Shown piece after piece: positions 50,831-64,000 of a stretch of DNA of 64,000 bases. The notes below the pieces were generated by a model, which did no database searches, was not told the DNA's origin, and was given only the letters and a program-made list of their open reading frames with translations. Numbering within the stretch: the first letter of the stretch is position 1; the number at the start of each line of letters is the position of its first letter. A program made the translations under genes and the position numbers. The stretch is from Octopus vulgaris (taxonomy: Eukaryota). Where the stretch lies: positions 42,222,001-42,286,000 of the forward strand of contig OX597822.1 in NCBI GenBank assembly GCA_951406725.2. The letters are read 5' to 3'.

Positions 50831-52149
50831 CAGCCCACAGATTGCAATCAGAATACATAGGACCAGTGGATATTGCAATCTCAAAGTTACAATCACAGCT
50901 GGATCATCATTCTGTATACATAATATTGGTTTGAAATTTTGGTACAAAACCAGCAATTTTGGGTGAGGGGTTAAGTTGATTACATTGACCCCAGTGCTCA
51001 ACTGGTTCTTATTAACTCCAAAAACACAAAAAGTAAAAATCAACCTCAGTGGAATTTGAACTCAGACTGACAAAATACAGCTAAGAATTTTGCCCAAAAT
51101 GTTAATAATTCTACCAGCTCACCACCTTAATTCTGCATGCAAAGTATTCAGATGGCAACAATGTGTAGACAAGTGGCTCGTTGGATTTTGAGATTGTTGA
51201 AAACAAGATAAAACAAAACCATATTGGTTCTGCAGAGAACATTTATTCTCTCAGTTGCTTGGTCTATTTTTGGCTCTGAAGAGAACAGTCAGCTTTTTTG
51301 TAATGCTATGGCTGTGAGATTGTAAGCTAAGAACATTAGAAATTGTGAGGACAAAGGTCAAAACTTTAGAGGACAAAACACTCTGTTTAGTCACCCTCAA
51401 TGTCAGAGTGACATTCCTTTTATCATCCCTTAATCATCCCTTTATCATCCTTTTATCATCATCTGATATGCCAGATCAGATTAGAGCCTGGTGCAGCCAT
51501 CTGGCTCACCAGTCCTCAGTCAAACCATCCAACCCATGCCAGCATGGAAAGCAGATGTTAAATGATGACAATGATGATCCCAAAAATGATGAAAAGCAAA
51601 AACATTTTTAGCAGAATTTCAAGTTAGAATATAAAGAAGTAAAAACTAAATACTTCCAATAATTTTGTCCAACATTCTACCAATATTGTTAATCTATAGG
51701 GCTTATAACTAGTAGCAATGAAGGAAGTGTAGCCATTGGAAAAATGAGTCAACTTGGCAGATAAGACAGGCTGCATGAATAAATGATATATTAGACACTC
51801 AATAAATCATGTTTATCTTGAAAATATAAATTGATATATATGTCTGCACTTCATTAAGTTGTTGTTGACAGTTTGTTCTTGGTTAAGATGTGTTTGGGAA
51901 TTTTATTTTTTATAAGATATATAATAACTTCTTGTTTCTCCTCTGAGTCCTCCTGCTTAAGCTAAAATCAAGGATAGCAGTGTGAAAGTGGAAGTGAATT
52001 GGCAACAACAAAATAACTTGAAGTAATTTGTTTCAGCTCTTTGTACTTTGAGTTCAAATTCAACTAAGGTCAACTCTGCCTTTCATCCTTCCATGGTTGA
52101 CAAAATAAAACAACAGTTTAAGGCAGAGTTGTCAAAATCTCAAAATTGA

Positions 52150-52211
<62 letters not shown>

Positions 52212-52473
52212 TTGTGCCAACACTTTGCATTCTGAATTCTTGGGTTAGACTTAATCCAATGCCTGGTCTAACACCAGCATGTGGTCCTTGGGGCACCTTT
52301 AGTGAAGTTCACTCTGTTGCAAGTATTTTGCCCATGTCTCTAGCCTAAGGATATCTTCTTCCCACCAGTCTCAGAAGCCCTGAAAAAATTAAAGTGTCAT
52401 AGGTATTGTTCTTCACCTCTTTGATTCTAGAGTAAAATAAAATTAAACAAACAGGAAATAGTGCAATACTAAC

Positions 52474-52529
52474 CCAACTTTTTTCCCATTTTCCATAATT
52501 TTTGTTTTGTTTAAGATTCCCGTCTTGTT
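52474..52529 (-). CDS. RhoGAP exon, PH domain start
   Basis: tttgcag|AAC AAG ACG GGA ATC TTA AAC AAA ACA AAA ATT ATG GAA AAT GGG AAA AAA GTT GG|gttagt encodes NKTGILNKTKIMENGKKVG, matching the ARHGAP12/15 G-x-LNKTKI-x-E-x-GKK pattern. Confidence 0.9.
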
Positions 52530-52756
52530 CTGCAAAGTAATAAAAAAAATTTTTTAAGAAACAAAAGAAGCAAAAAAGACAAAAAAATTGAGTAATCAAG
52601 ACTTCAGAAAAGTTATAGAAAATGTTGAATTGAGCTGTTAACCCCATGTAGGGAGACAATATTAGAAAACTGAACTTAGGTTTTGATCTCAGACATATAA
52701 ACAGTGAAACCATCTTATATGACTTTACAACATTAATATACATTTAATATATACCA

Positions 52757-53070
52757 ATATCACCGTGATCACCGTGACTGACCAGGCTAACAAATATTGC
52801 TACACATTGCTGGTCACAACGTGCTTCACATTGTTTTAGCCTTCAAATGACGCCACCCTGCTGGCTAAGCGAGCAGACCAACAGAAGAGAAAGTAACAGG
52901 AAGTTGTGGTGAAAGAGTACAGCAGAGATTGCCACCACCCCCTGCCGGAGCGTCATGGAGCTTTGGGTGTTTTCGCTCAATAAACACTCACAATGCCTGG
53001 TCTGGGAATCAAAAACCCAATCCTACAACCACGAGTCTGCTACCCTAACCACCGGGCCATTGCGCCTCCA
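52757..53070 (-). mobile_element. tRNA-derived SINE family B
   Basis: Head GGAGGCGCAATGGCCCxGTGGTTAGGG..GGTTTCGAT.CC. Other copies at 165-264 (-), 32696-32895 (+) and ~48360-48600 (-). Confidence 0.8.
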
Positions 53071-54837
53071 CATATATCAATATGCATTAATATAAATTGA
53101 GTTATTTCTTTACTACTTTCAGTTTTTGAACAGCAACCATGCTAGGGTACTTCCTTCAAAGGTTTTATAGCTGACTACACTGATACTAGTACTTTATCTG
53201 GGACTTATTTTATCAAGCTCCATTTGTCAAATGGTAAAGTTCTCCTTGTAATAAAAGTATGTAACTTGCTTAGAATTCTACAAGGTAGTTCTGTTTGATG
53301 CACAAATTCATCAGCAATCCATTATTGATTTAAACATGTGCATAAACACATATATGTATGAATAATCAACATATATACAATATACATGCACACACATATA
53401 TATCATTAAATCCTGCGAAATCATCCAACATGAGCTAGACAATTTCAGAGGGTCTGATGAGTTGGAGGACTTCACAGAGCTTTGATGACTGCTTTGCCAA
53501 GACATCTACAGTTGGATAACCTTTATAATGTCAGCCACTTCTCAGAGTGTATTGGGTGCTTTTTTTTTTCTTTATATCAAGGCTCCAGCACTGGTGGGGT
53601 TGCCAAGTAATTTGCAAGACAAAAAAACATCCCTTGATTGAGTGAAATGAAGTAAAGAGGAAGGTAGCTTTATGCCTGGTGCTGTTGTAGTGCAGATATA
53701 TGGCTACTTGGCACTATATAAGGTGGCTAGGAGTAGATGGGGTGATAAGGATGGTGGTAACAAGTGTCAGCATGTGCTCTCTATGCACAAGAGGATAAGT
53801 AAAGAGAGAAGGAGCACAGAAGATCGGGAAGGATGGATGGGTAAGTCAGCCAGAGTGTGAGAGGAGATGACAGACAGTTAGAGATGGTGGTAGAGATGAA
53901 TGTAGTGAATACAGAGTGGGAGCATTGTTGATGGTAAATAAGGATTTAAGGGAAGATGATAAGGAAAACAGGCAGCTCAGGAAGGAGGAGGTGACGAGTT
54001 GCAGTACAAAAAGCAAAGAGAGTTACAGAATAACAAACTGTAGATAGATGAGAAATAAGGAGGTGATGTGTAGGGTGAGTGAATGAGTGAAGAAGTAATG
54101 GCGGTGGGTAAACAGATGTACAGTGACAAGGATAGAGACCAGTGGTAAATAGGAGTGGATATAGTGAGTGGCAAATAAAGGTGGGGGGGGGTCAATAGTA
54201 GATACTGGATGGTACTAATAATGACATAGGGAAGTAATAAGATGTAGCTCAGGACAAGATAACTGTCGGTTCAATGAATAACAAACAGGCAAGAGATGAT
54301 GTCATGTATCAGGGATGAATCTGAAAAGGTAGTGGTCGCAGAAAAAGGAAATGAAATATGTAGTCCTGCTCTCATGCAATTACAGCAGCTGGATGGTGCA
54401 ATAATGCGAAAAATGATGGCAAGATGGGTGACGGAAAATACCATCTACACCATTACCCCAACTTCCATATGTACTTTATCTTGTTTAATTACTGCAACAT
54501 TATTATAATGTAGATAGTATACCATATTTCGTTACTGTAACTACTATACCAAATCTAATTTCTCTAACAGAATCCAACTAATTCTAATTCATAAAACTCA
54601 CATTATATGAACCTATGAAGGAGTATCTATATAGTTGATCAGGTTAGCAAAATTAGTAGCTAAATCTCCCTCACATCACAGCTCATTACCTTGAAAAGGG
54701 AGACATTGAATGATGTGACCTCAGACATATCTGCAAAAAAAATACCCAGAATGATCATGACTTGAATGTACTTAATAGATGGCTCCATGTACTCAGGATT
54801 GACCTGGGGCACAACAATGAGAACAACAACAACTCAC

Positions 54838-54888
54838 CTTACAAATATCAAATGCTGTTCCCATTAATGGCTGCACTTTCTCAGGACT
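54838..54888 (-). CDS. RhoGAP (ARHGAP9/12/15/27-like) exon, linker before the PH domain
   Basis: tttttag|AGT CCT GAG...TGT AAG|gtgagt encodes SPEKVQPLMGTAFDICK, phase 0/0. The other two frames contain stops. Confidence 0.7.
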
Positions 54889-56194
54889 CTAAAAAAAAAA
54901 AATAATAAATAAAAAAACTTTTAAAAAAAAACAGAAAAAAGAACAAATTTAGAAATGCAATTCTCTACAAATGATGTCAGAACTTAGTAGATCTGGTATC
55001 AAATGTTTGGTAATCTTATATTTGGAAACATAACATTCTGTTTTTGAAATGGCTTAGTTAGTTAATGAGTGAGTGAGTGAAAGCGAGCGAGCGAGCAAGA
55101 GCAAGAGAGAGAGAGAGAGAAGGGTTAGGGTGAAGGGGGTTAAAATGGGTGACAGATTAAATCTACCATTCTTAAACTGTTGTATCATTAAAATTTTGTG
55201 AATATGATGAAGCTAGACTGAATGATCTAAGTTTCTCTAGGTTGTTGTCTCACACTTTAGAGGTCAAAGAATTAAGGGGTGGTTTTTAGAATTCTATGGA
55301 CCCATTCTGATTAATATTTACAAACCAATTCTTAATGATTTTACATGTTCAGACAATTGTGCATGTGTACATGTGTGAGTCTCTACTTTACTAGAACTAA
55401 AACAGATCAGAAAGACTTTTTCAGTCAAGCTAATACTGCACCTTAGATTGCCACTTTATGTACCCTCACTCTCATACCATGCATTAACATGTGGTTTTAA
55501 GAAGTGCAACCCAAAGGACTTTAGAGACAAAAGGAAACATCAGTTCATTTGTAAATTCTGAATAAGTATTTACAACATCAAGCTTAATGTGTGTGTATAT
55601 ATATATGTATATATATTATATATATAATTCAAACTGACAAAAAATAAAAGATGAAGACAGGTGACAAAACAACAAGCAGGTGTATTTTATATATATATAT
55701 ATGTATGTATGTATATACTCACACACACACACACACACATATTAAGCTTATATATACACACATACATATATATATACACACACGCACAGACATAAAACTT
55801 ATATATACAGATTATATATATATATATACTTGGAAATGGATGTGTGGTGTTCAATTAAATAATAATAATAAATAATATATATATATACACACAAATGCAT
55901 ATATGGGAACAGGATGTTACCAACTGTGCAAACAACATGAAATACATAAAAACAGGACGGACACACACACACAAATGCATAAATATACTCTTTTACTTGT
56001 TTCAGTCATTTGACTGTGGCCATACTGGAGCACCACCTTTAGTCGAGCAAATCGACCCCAGGACTTATACTTTGTAAGCCTAGTACTTATTCTATCGGTC
56101 TGTTTTGCCGAACCGCTAAGTTACGGGGACGTAAACACCCCACCATCAGTTGTCAAGCGATGTTGGGGGGACAAACACAGATACACACAAACAC

Positions 56195-56225
<31 letters not shown>

Positions 56226-56479
56226 GCTTCTTTCTGTTTTCTGTCTACCAAATCCACTCACAAGGCTTTGGTCGGCCTGAGGCTATAGTAGAAGACACTT
56301 GCCAAGGTGCCACGCAGTGGGACTGAACCCGGAACCATGTGGTTGGTAAGCAAGTTACTTACCACACAGCCACTCCTACGCCTATATATATATATAGAAA
56401 CACAAAGTGTGTGAGAGAGGACCTTGCAAGATTCCTTAAATTAATAAGCAGCATTCATGAATCAACCCACTTCAATATG

Positions 56480-56800
56480 GTAATGAACGAATGAAAGGGA
56501 ATCCTTCTCTAGACATTCTATGAGATGAGACAGTTATAGCCAATTTCTACTGCAAGGACACAGACACACACCAATACTTAGATTTTAAATTTTACCACCC
56601 TTCCCGCAAGAAAAGAAACATACCATTCAACTTGGCAAACTGTTTATGCTAAATAGTTACAGACACAAATAGATAAGGGAAATGACTGGTAGAACTAAAT
56701 ATGTTCCTTCATAAACAGAAATATCCTGAAATGCTAATAAATTATGCCATAACCAAGGCAAAAGAAATCCTGATCTCTGCCTTATGGAGAAACACTCTCC
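56480..56800 (+). mobile_element. degenerate Penelope-like RT C-terminal fragment
   Basis: FYCKDTDTHQYLDFKFYHPSRKKRNIPFNLA and FLHKQKYPEMLI match the PLE Y-x-KPT...QYL...HP...K..IP...YP pattern. Contains stops. Confidence 0.7.
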
Positions 56801-59337
56801 CTGAGGGTGAATACCAGAAAAAGATATGTTTTGTTGTGGAAATCAGTGACCCACTGGACACCATGTGGTTAAAAATATACAAAAGGAAAAGGACAACTAC
56901 GGGCTATTGATAAAGAATTTACAAATCCAGTAGCCAAGACACACTTTCAGTTTCATACCTATTATCAATGGAGTATCAGGATACATGCCAACCTGTCTGG
57001 GACAATATATAGCTGAACTTGGGTTCTCAGGGAAAAAATGCATTCACTATAAATGATCACACTATCTGGGACTTCAAAAATCTGTGAGACCTTCTTAGAA
57101 TTTAAAGGATGATAAATAAAATGAGGCTTTTCTTCACAACTTTGCTACCAAGCAGGTGGCCAGTCAAAGTTTCTTCTAAATCAAAAGGAAAAAGAGGACA
57201 TACATGCATACATTTGTAGTATTCATACTTTTGCAAAAAGAAACATGACACTATACAGCAGTGGCAGCAGGTGGGTAATTTTTTGGTTTGAATATTTCAA
57301 GAATCTCTCACAGTGCCAGTAGCTGAGACTACAAAATTTGAATCTTATTGTCCACACTGTCAAAAGTACTGCAATATTATTAGATTTACAACAACTTAGT
57401 ATTGAATTAGAACCCATGCCAGCATGGAAAGCGGATGTTAAACGATGATGACGATGATGATGATTTATAAGTTATAAATTAAGGAGTGGTTTTACAAAAT
57501 ATGCTACATGTCGGCTGGAATATCACTGAATGTAATATATACAAGGTGAAGCATTAGATAATTTGACCTAAGTGAGCACTACAGAATAAAATGCGTATCA
57601 TGTGTAACACAGAATGTTGTTTATGTGACATGACATTGCACACAATATGATCCATAGATGTCATGTAATATGGTGTATAGACAGGAGAGGACAGAATATA
57701 ATGTATGTAACTTGTAACAAGATGGCCAGGAGTAGAATATGATATGTATGATATGAGGAAACACAGAATATTATATATATTTGGGTGCACTGCATACTGC
57801 AACTCATATGACAGGAATTCCACATATTGTATAATCTAGCTGGGGTGTCATATACTATGATATAGCAGCTTGGCATTCTCAAATATATTAAAAAGTCCTG
57901 GACTAAGTAAGTAAATTTATTCAATATTGTGAATTATTATGGAACTGGTTTCATGCACTACACAAATTGATAACTATATTGATTTACAACTTGATGAATA
58001 GGAGTCTTGCTACAGCTCCTCCATAAACCACACATTCAATTTACACCAGAAAATACAGAATATTAGCTGAAATTTTCACTCAGTTCATCATTGTTTAACA
58101 TCCATTTTCCATGTTGGCATGGGTTGGATGGTTTGACAGGGGCTGTCCAAACTTCAATTGTCTGCTTTGGCAGGGTTTCAATGGTTGGACACCCTTCCTA
58201 ACACCAACCACTTTCCAGAGTGTGCTGGATGCTTTTTATGTGCCACCTGCACATTGCAATAACTTGATTTTGATTCTTACCAACAGCAGATAAAAAATAA
58301 TTTACAGAAATATGGTAGATAAACACCATGGTATATAGAAAACACTTAAAATCAATAATGTCCCTTGTAAAAACACGAATACTACAAACTTCCATTAGCC
58401 ATTCAATATAAGGTTAATGATTCAATAAAACATTACAACAAATGCTAAGATCAATCGCACTGGTAAGTTGTCGCAGCTAGTAATACAAGAAACAGTATTG
58501 ATAAACAGTTATTGCCTGATAGTACAATTTCAAGATATTTGGTAAACTAATGAAATAATGCTGTTTTGATCAAATACAAAGGAAGATAGAAACAGTCACT
58601 AAAGAATTCTGAAATCAAGAAATATTTAATACAAAATAAAGAAAAGAACTTTAAAAAAAATAAAAGATATTTATGTTGAATAAAAAGAAAAAGTAAAACT
58701 GAATCAATTAGAATATTGAAAATGCAAGTAAGAGAAAATTATTGGTGTTAAGTGAAAATAGGAAAGATGGCAGAGCAATATATGTTCAGGTATGTTGACA
58801 GAAAGAACTTGTTGTTCAAGTGAAGAGTGGGAAAGGAAGGAAATACAGAGAAGTCTTTTAATTCAATCAATTTGATTAAAAGATGAAAAAAAAAACAGAA
58901 TTTGGAAAAATAAAGTAAATATAGAAAAATAGATCCTAAGTCAAGACTGGATTATAAGAGAGGGAATGCATAACATTGCAGTGGTATTCATGACTTTCCA
59001 AATGCCATTTGCAACCTGACTAAAATAAAACTATTTCAACCGAGAACTGAAACCAGATGAAAGATACATGTCATAGCACAAATAGTCTGAAACTGTTTGG
59101 TCTGGTGATCCTGTTGTCTGCTAGAAGATGGTAGGGGTTCGCACTCCTGCTTGCAATATATACCAGGTACCGACTGCATCAATAACCAGCTGGAGGTGGC
59201 TCTTCTTGAGGTTAAAAATGGTACTAACATCAAACAGCCAAATTGGTGTGGTGATAAACATTACTTCTCAGTATAGTTACTACTTTCATTTCTTATAGAG
59301 ATTTTTGAAATAGCCAATTTGCTTGTTTATATATAAA

Positions 59338-59726
59338 CTAGCAGTATCGCCCGGTGTTGCTCGGGTTTGTAAGGGAAATAACTATATAAGCATTTTTAGA
59401 GATGGATGTAAAGTATAATAGCCATCTCAATATGGCTAACCACAAAGGGGGGGGTGTTACTGTAGCTTTTTACGTTCTGAGATTTAATAATACATTTTTA
59501 GAGAGTTACTTCCCTTATATATGCCAAAAATACATTAAAAATGGGAAAAATTGATGGTAATTTTTTTTTAAATCGTAGACACGTGCTAATACCCAGAAGG
59601 GCTCGATATGAATCACGACCATAAGATACCCGGTTTTGGTTAAACTGCACCGCAAAATGTGGGAGTAGTTAGGAATCTAAATCGTAGGAGACAGACAGCA
59701 CACAACCTCACTTTTATATATAAAGA
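59338..59726 (-). mobile_element. complete non-autonomous Helitron (~390 bp)
   Basis: On the minus strand: 5' TC, 3' hairpin CCCGAGCAACACCGGG, then CTAG. Inserted in an A|T site. Confidence 0.85.
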
Positions 59727-59949
59727 TATATATTCATTTGATGTCCATTATCCATACTGGCATGGGTTGGACAAAATATACATGCATATACATACATACA
59801 TCCATATATTATAAACATATATGTAATTCTGTGAAAACACACACACATACGTGTGCGTGTATAAAACAGGCAAAAATAATGGGTTATAAACATTTACTTA
59901 TTTATTATAGGCATACAGCTTTTTTCAGATATGCATTTGGGTGTGCTGA

Positions 59950-60243
59950 TGGCTCAATGACATCAAGCAATCAATTGAATAACTGATAACATAGGGAGCT
60001 TCCATCCTAGCTATCTTCTTCAGAGCTGAAACAAACCCACAGCCAAACTGATTTGTTCACTACATTCAGACAGATAGATATAACATTTGATGTACACAGT
60101 ACAAAGATACAAACTATTAATAGTTTCTTATTTTGGAGATGCGGGTCCAGACAGGTTTTGTAACAGGTTTTATGGGAACTTGGATCTCAGTGTATTTATG
60201 CATATAAATATAGGTGTACACACACATATATATAGATGTGTGT

Positions 60244-60307
<64 letters not shown>

Positions 60308-62920
60308 TTACACCACATATGTATATAGACACAATATGGTAATTGCAAAGTCTTTCCCTGGTGAAGAAGATACAACCCAACAAAGGTTAGTATTTAGTGA
60401 TTTTAGATTTAGAACTAGGACACAGGAACAAAACCAATCTGGAAAAGGAGGACATGGAAGCTCAAGGATCCTTCAAAGAATCAGAGACTTAGAGATACTC
60501 TGATTGAAGCAGTTGATGAGAAAAAGGAGGAGTTAGAATCATACAGCATAGAGGACAACTGGAAGTTTCTACAAGATAACCTATTGATGACTACAGACCA
60601 AATTTGTAGCTGGTAAAAAATCCCAACAAGACTGAGAGTGATCCGGTGGAAGATCAATGAGATAGACACAGCCATAGAGGCAAAAAGACAGGCCAAGGAA
60701 TAGAAAAATAATGGCAGCAGAGAAATATATCATGTAACTAGAAGGGGAGCTAGATTTACATAGCAAAAGCTACATTTACATAGCAAAAGAAAAGCAGAAA
60801 GAGGAGATCTGCCAATATTCTACAGAATGAGGATCAATATAAAGTGTTCTGGATTACAAGAGAGTGTAGTAGCAAAAATCAAGATGTGGGTGAGAAGTGT
60901 ATGTGGATAAATAATGGTTCACTAGCATTTAGTGATTCTGAAAACAAAGGTAGAATGAAAGTGTTACTACAAAAGGCTATTAAACATAGAGAATGCTTGA
61001 AAGAAAGACAGTCTTCCCAATGTAGACCCATAAGAGGGACCAGTCATCCAAGTTAAAGCAATCGAGGAAATCCTATTTTCATATCCTTGCTCCACTGCTG
61101 AGATGTTAAAATGTCTAGTGGAGTAGAATACAGCTTAGCCACCCATATAGTTCATCAAGTTGTATAAGAATGTGTAGCAGCATTAGCCAGCTGTTACAAT
61201 GGTAACAGAGCTGCCTTAGATAGAAGTAATTACAGAGGTATCAAATTGCTAGACTTAATCATGAAAGTTACAGATAAAGTTACAACATAATTAATTAGGA
61301 ACAGAATTAGATTAGATGAAATGCAGTTTGGTTTTGTCCTGGCAAAAAGTATTACTGATGCCCTCTGTCTAATAAGAAAACTGTAGGAGAAATATTTAGC
61401 TAAAAGTAAGCAAATGTACTTGGCATTCATTGACCTGAAGGAAAATATCAACAGAGTCCCTTCCGCTATGATTTAGTGGTCTCTAAGGAAACTAGGGATA
61501 GATGAATGGCTTGTGAATACCCTACAAGCCATGTACATGAGTACTATGAGTAAAGTGAGTTAGCCATGAGATAACGAGTAAAGGTAGGAGTTCACCATGC
61601 TCAGTCCCCTCCTACTCAACATAGTTCTCAAGCCATAAAAGAGGAATTTAAGACTGGCTGCCCCAGGGAACTAATATATGCTGATCATCTTGTTCTAAAA
61701 GCAGAATCCACAGTAGGATAAAAAATGAAACTTTAGGTGTGGAAAACCTGAAATTAAAGGGCCTTAAAATTAACCGCGCAAAGGTCAAAGTTCTAGCTAG
61801 CAGGAAAATAGAGAGAACTCTGCTCCCATCAGGTAGATGGCCCTGCTTCATATGAAGGAAAGGTGTAGACAGGAACTCCGTACAGTGTACCCAGTGCAAG
61901 GCTATGGACACACAAAAGGTGCAGTGGTCTCACAGGAAGATTAACAGAGAAAGTAGTCTTTGTATGTGGAAGATGTGCTAAACTAATAAACACGAAGGAC
62001 AGAAGGGAAATAGATTTTCTTAAATGCCCAGAAGGCACCCTAGGAGTTGTAGATAGTTTTTGTTACCTAGATGGCCTAATTAGCAGTAGAGGAGGATGCT
62101 CTGAAAGTATAGTTTTCTAGAATAAGAAAAAGATGGAGAAAGTTCAGAGAGCTATTACCTCCTTTGGTAACAAAAGGTTCCCCTCTCAGAGTGAAAGACA
62201 GATTGTATAATGATTATGTATGAACATGATAGTGAGATGTGGGCCCTGAGATTTGTGAACATGAGACGTAGATGTTGAACAGCTTCAGTTCTCAGTCTCC
62301 TCCTGTTTGTCATAAACCTCCAGACCATAACAAAGGAGTTTAAGATTGGTTGCCTATGGGAAATCCCCTATGCTAATGACTTTTTTCTTAGAGCTAAATC
62401 TGTACTAGAATTGGAAATGAAATTCCAGATGAGGAACAAAACTCACAATCAAAGGCTTTTAGAGTAGCCAGAACCAAAGTTCAGATAAACCACTAATACC
62501 TTCAGAAAAACAGCCCTGTTTGATATGTTGAAAAGGTGCATGTAGAAATTTCATATGGCATATCCAGCGCAAACTGTCACCACAAGAGTTGCAGTGGAAT
62601 CACAGGAAGGTTGACAGAAATGTAGACTTTGAGTGCAGCAGATGTTCAGGAGTAAAAATACACCAAGAGTACAGAGAAAATTGATTTTCTCAAATGCTCA
62701 GGATACTGAGAGGTAGTAGATATTTTCTGGTACGTAAATGACCTAATTAGCAGTGAAAGAAGATGTTCTAAATGTATAGTTGTTAGAACAAAAACTGACT
62801 GGAGAAAGTTCAGAGAGCTGTTAGTTCTGTTGGCAACAAAAGGCCTCTCTCCCAAAATGAAAGGCAGATTGTATGATGCTTGTGTGTAAAAAGCAGCTGG
62901 CCCTGAATGTAGGGGACATT
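59950..62920 (+). mobile_element. degenerate RTE-clade LINE (EN end, RT, PHD-like insert) with a duplicated 3' part
   Basis: AKSFPGEE..QQRLVFSDF, NYRGIKLL, MQFGF, LAFIDL, ELIYADHL and VDSFCYL, with many stops and frameshifts. A second copy of the Cys-rich/3' region lies at ~62460-62920. Confidence 0.85.
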
Positions 62921-64000
62921 TGAAAGCAAGTAAGTTTTAGTCAATACCTAACTGAACTCACAACTCTTCTTTCTGCCTCATAAGGATAAATATGAATCTC
63001 CAAAATCTTACTCTACTATTTCCTTTATCAAGTCCTTTGTAAAAAAAAAAAATTGTTTATACTTCTTGCACTGATGAGTACAGTGATATATAATTAAATT
63101 AATTTAATTATTTCTATATATTGTTTTACATATATGATTCACTTTTTTAAAAAGGTTTCTCAATGTCAACTGCCGGTATTGATGTAGCAACAGTGAAATT
63201 TTCCATTTTCATTTGTGAAATCTCTCACTCTCTATTTTAATGTTTTCATTTCAAGTTTTAATTCGCTATTTGCAAACAACTACAATAAATTACTGAAAGA
63301 AATATTTACTAAGTTCACAAATTTCGCTTCAACCCACACACTTTGTTAATTTCCATAAAAAGTTTTTATTTATTTACTTTTCGTGCACTGTGTTCAGCTC
63401 TATGTATTTGCCATCAGTCACACATGCACACATGTTTTCTGTATGTACATTTGTATACATTTATGTATGTGTATGTGTGTTTGTGTGTGAAAGAGTGTGA
63501 AGGGATGTGCTGTCACGCATACGTACAAGCATAAATACATATGCATACATCTTTTTGTATGTATATGCGTGTGTGAGAGAGAGAGAGAGAGAGTGATGTC
63601 TAAATGGCACTTTCTCTCTCTCTCACACAAAAAAACATACATATTTATTTATGTACATATACATGACAACATACTCCTTCACTCTCTCTCTCACACACAC
63701 ACACACACACGCACATCCATTTCATCTGATGTTTGATACTGTATGTATATGTATGTGTGCGTGCTTCTGTGCACGTTTGCATGTGGCGTTCCACAATCGC
63801 CATTTATTTCAGTCACTCTTGTGAAGATATTCACATAACTCATTTTTCCATTTAATCCCCATTTTAATTTTCAAAAAAGTTTCTGACGATGTAGATGATC
63901 AGTATTCTACAGTGAAGCAAAGACAAGTACAGGTAGTCAGAGTCAATGTTGACTTCTGCAACTCTGTTAACTCTATTAAGTATGCTTGCAAATACATAAA

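Noticed and set aside
59036-59233. 65-aa minus-strand ORF as a further upstream RhoGAP exon
   Set aside because: No WW/SH3 similarity and no convincing phase-0 donor matching the acceptor at 54888. Upstream exons could not be identified in the window.
63065-63100. CTGATGA as a hammerhead core (also ~53455)
   Set aside because: There is no properly placed GAAA, stem III or stem I partner.
63135-63215. Possible minus-strand exon ending at a gtgaat donor
   Set aside because: The ATG frame stops before the donor, and the open frame has no clear start or strong acceptor.

Overview
AT-rich, microsatellite- and repeat-dense animal genomic DNA. The SINE/LINE repertoire strongly resembles octopus (coleoid cephalopod); this assignment is an inference. 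There are two convergent host genes: a complete 3-exon alpha-tubulin (+, ATG 5376 to TAA 12621, 451 aa) and the 3' ten coding exons of a PH+RhoGAP gene of the ARHGAP9/12/15/27 family (-, 54888 to 29346). Between them lies an apparently intact CR1-clade LINE with a PHD + polyQ ORF1 and an APE-RT ORF2. Its ORF2 has no usable ATG and is joined to ORF1 by a canonical -1 frameshift heptamer, G_GGA_AAC. Other notable signals are several Penelope-type minimal hammerhead ribozymes (one sense-oriented inside a RhoGAP intron), an unannotated-looking alternative first exon that would give a GAP-only isoform with a Y/N/P/G-rich N-terminus, a ~340-bp-arm palindrome in tubulin intron 1, and RFX X-box motifs. 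The rest is Tc1/mariner, hAT, piggyBac-like, Helitron, RTE and tRNA-SINE debris. All calls were made by eye, and repeat boundaries are approximate.
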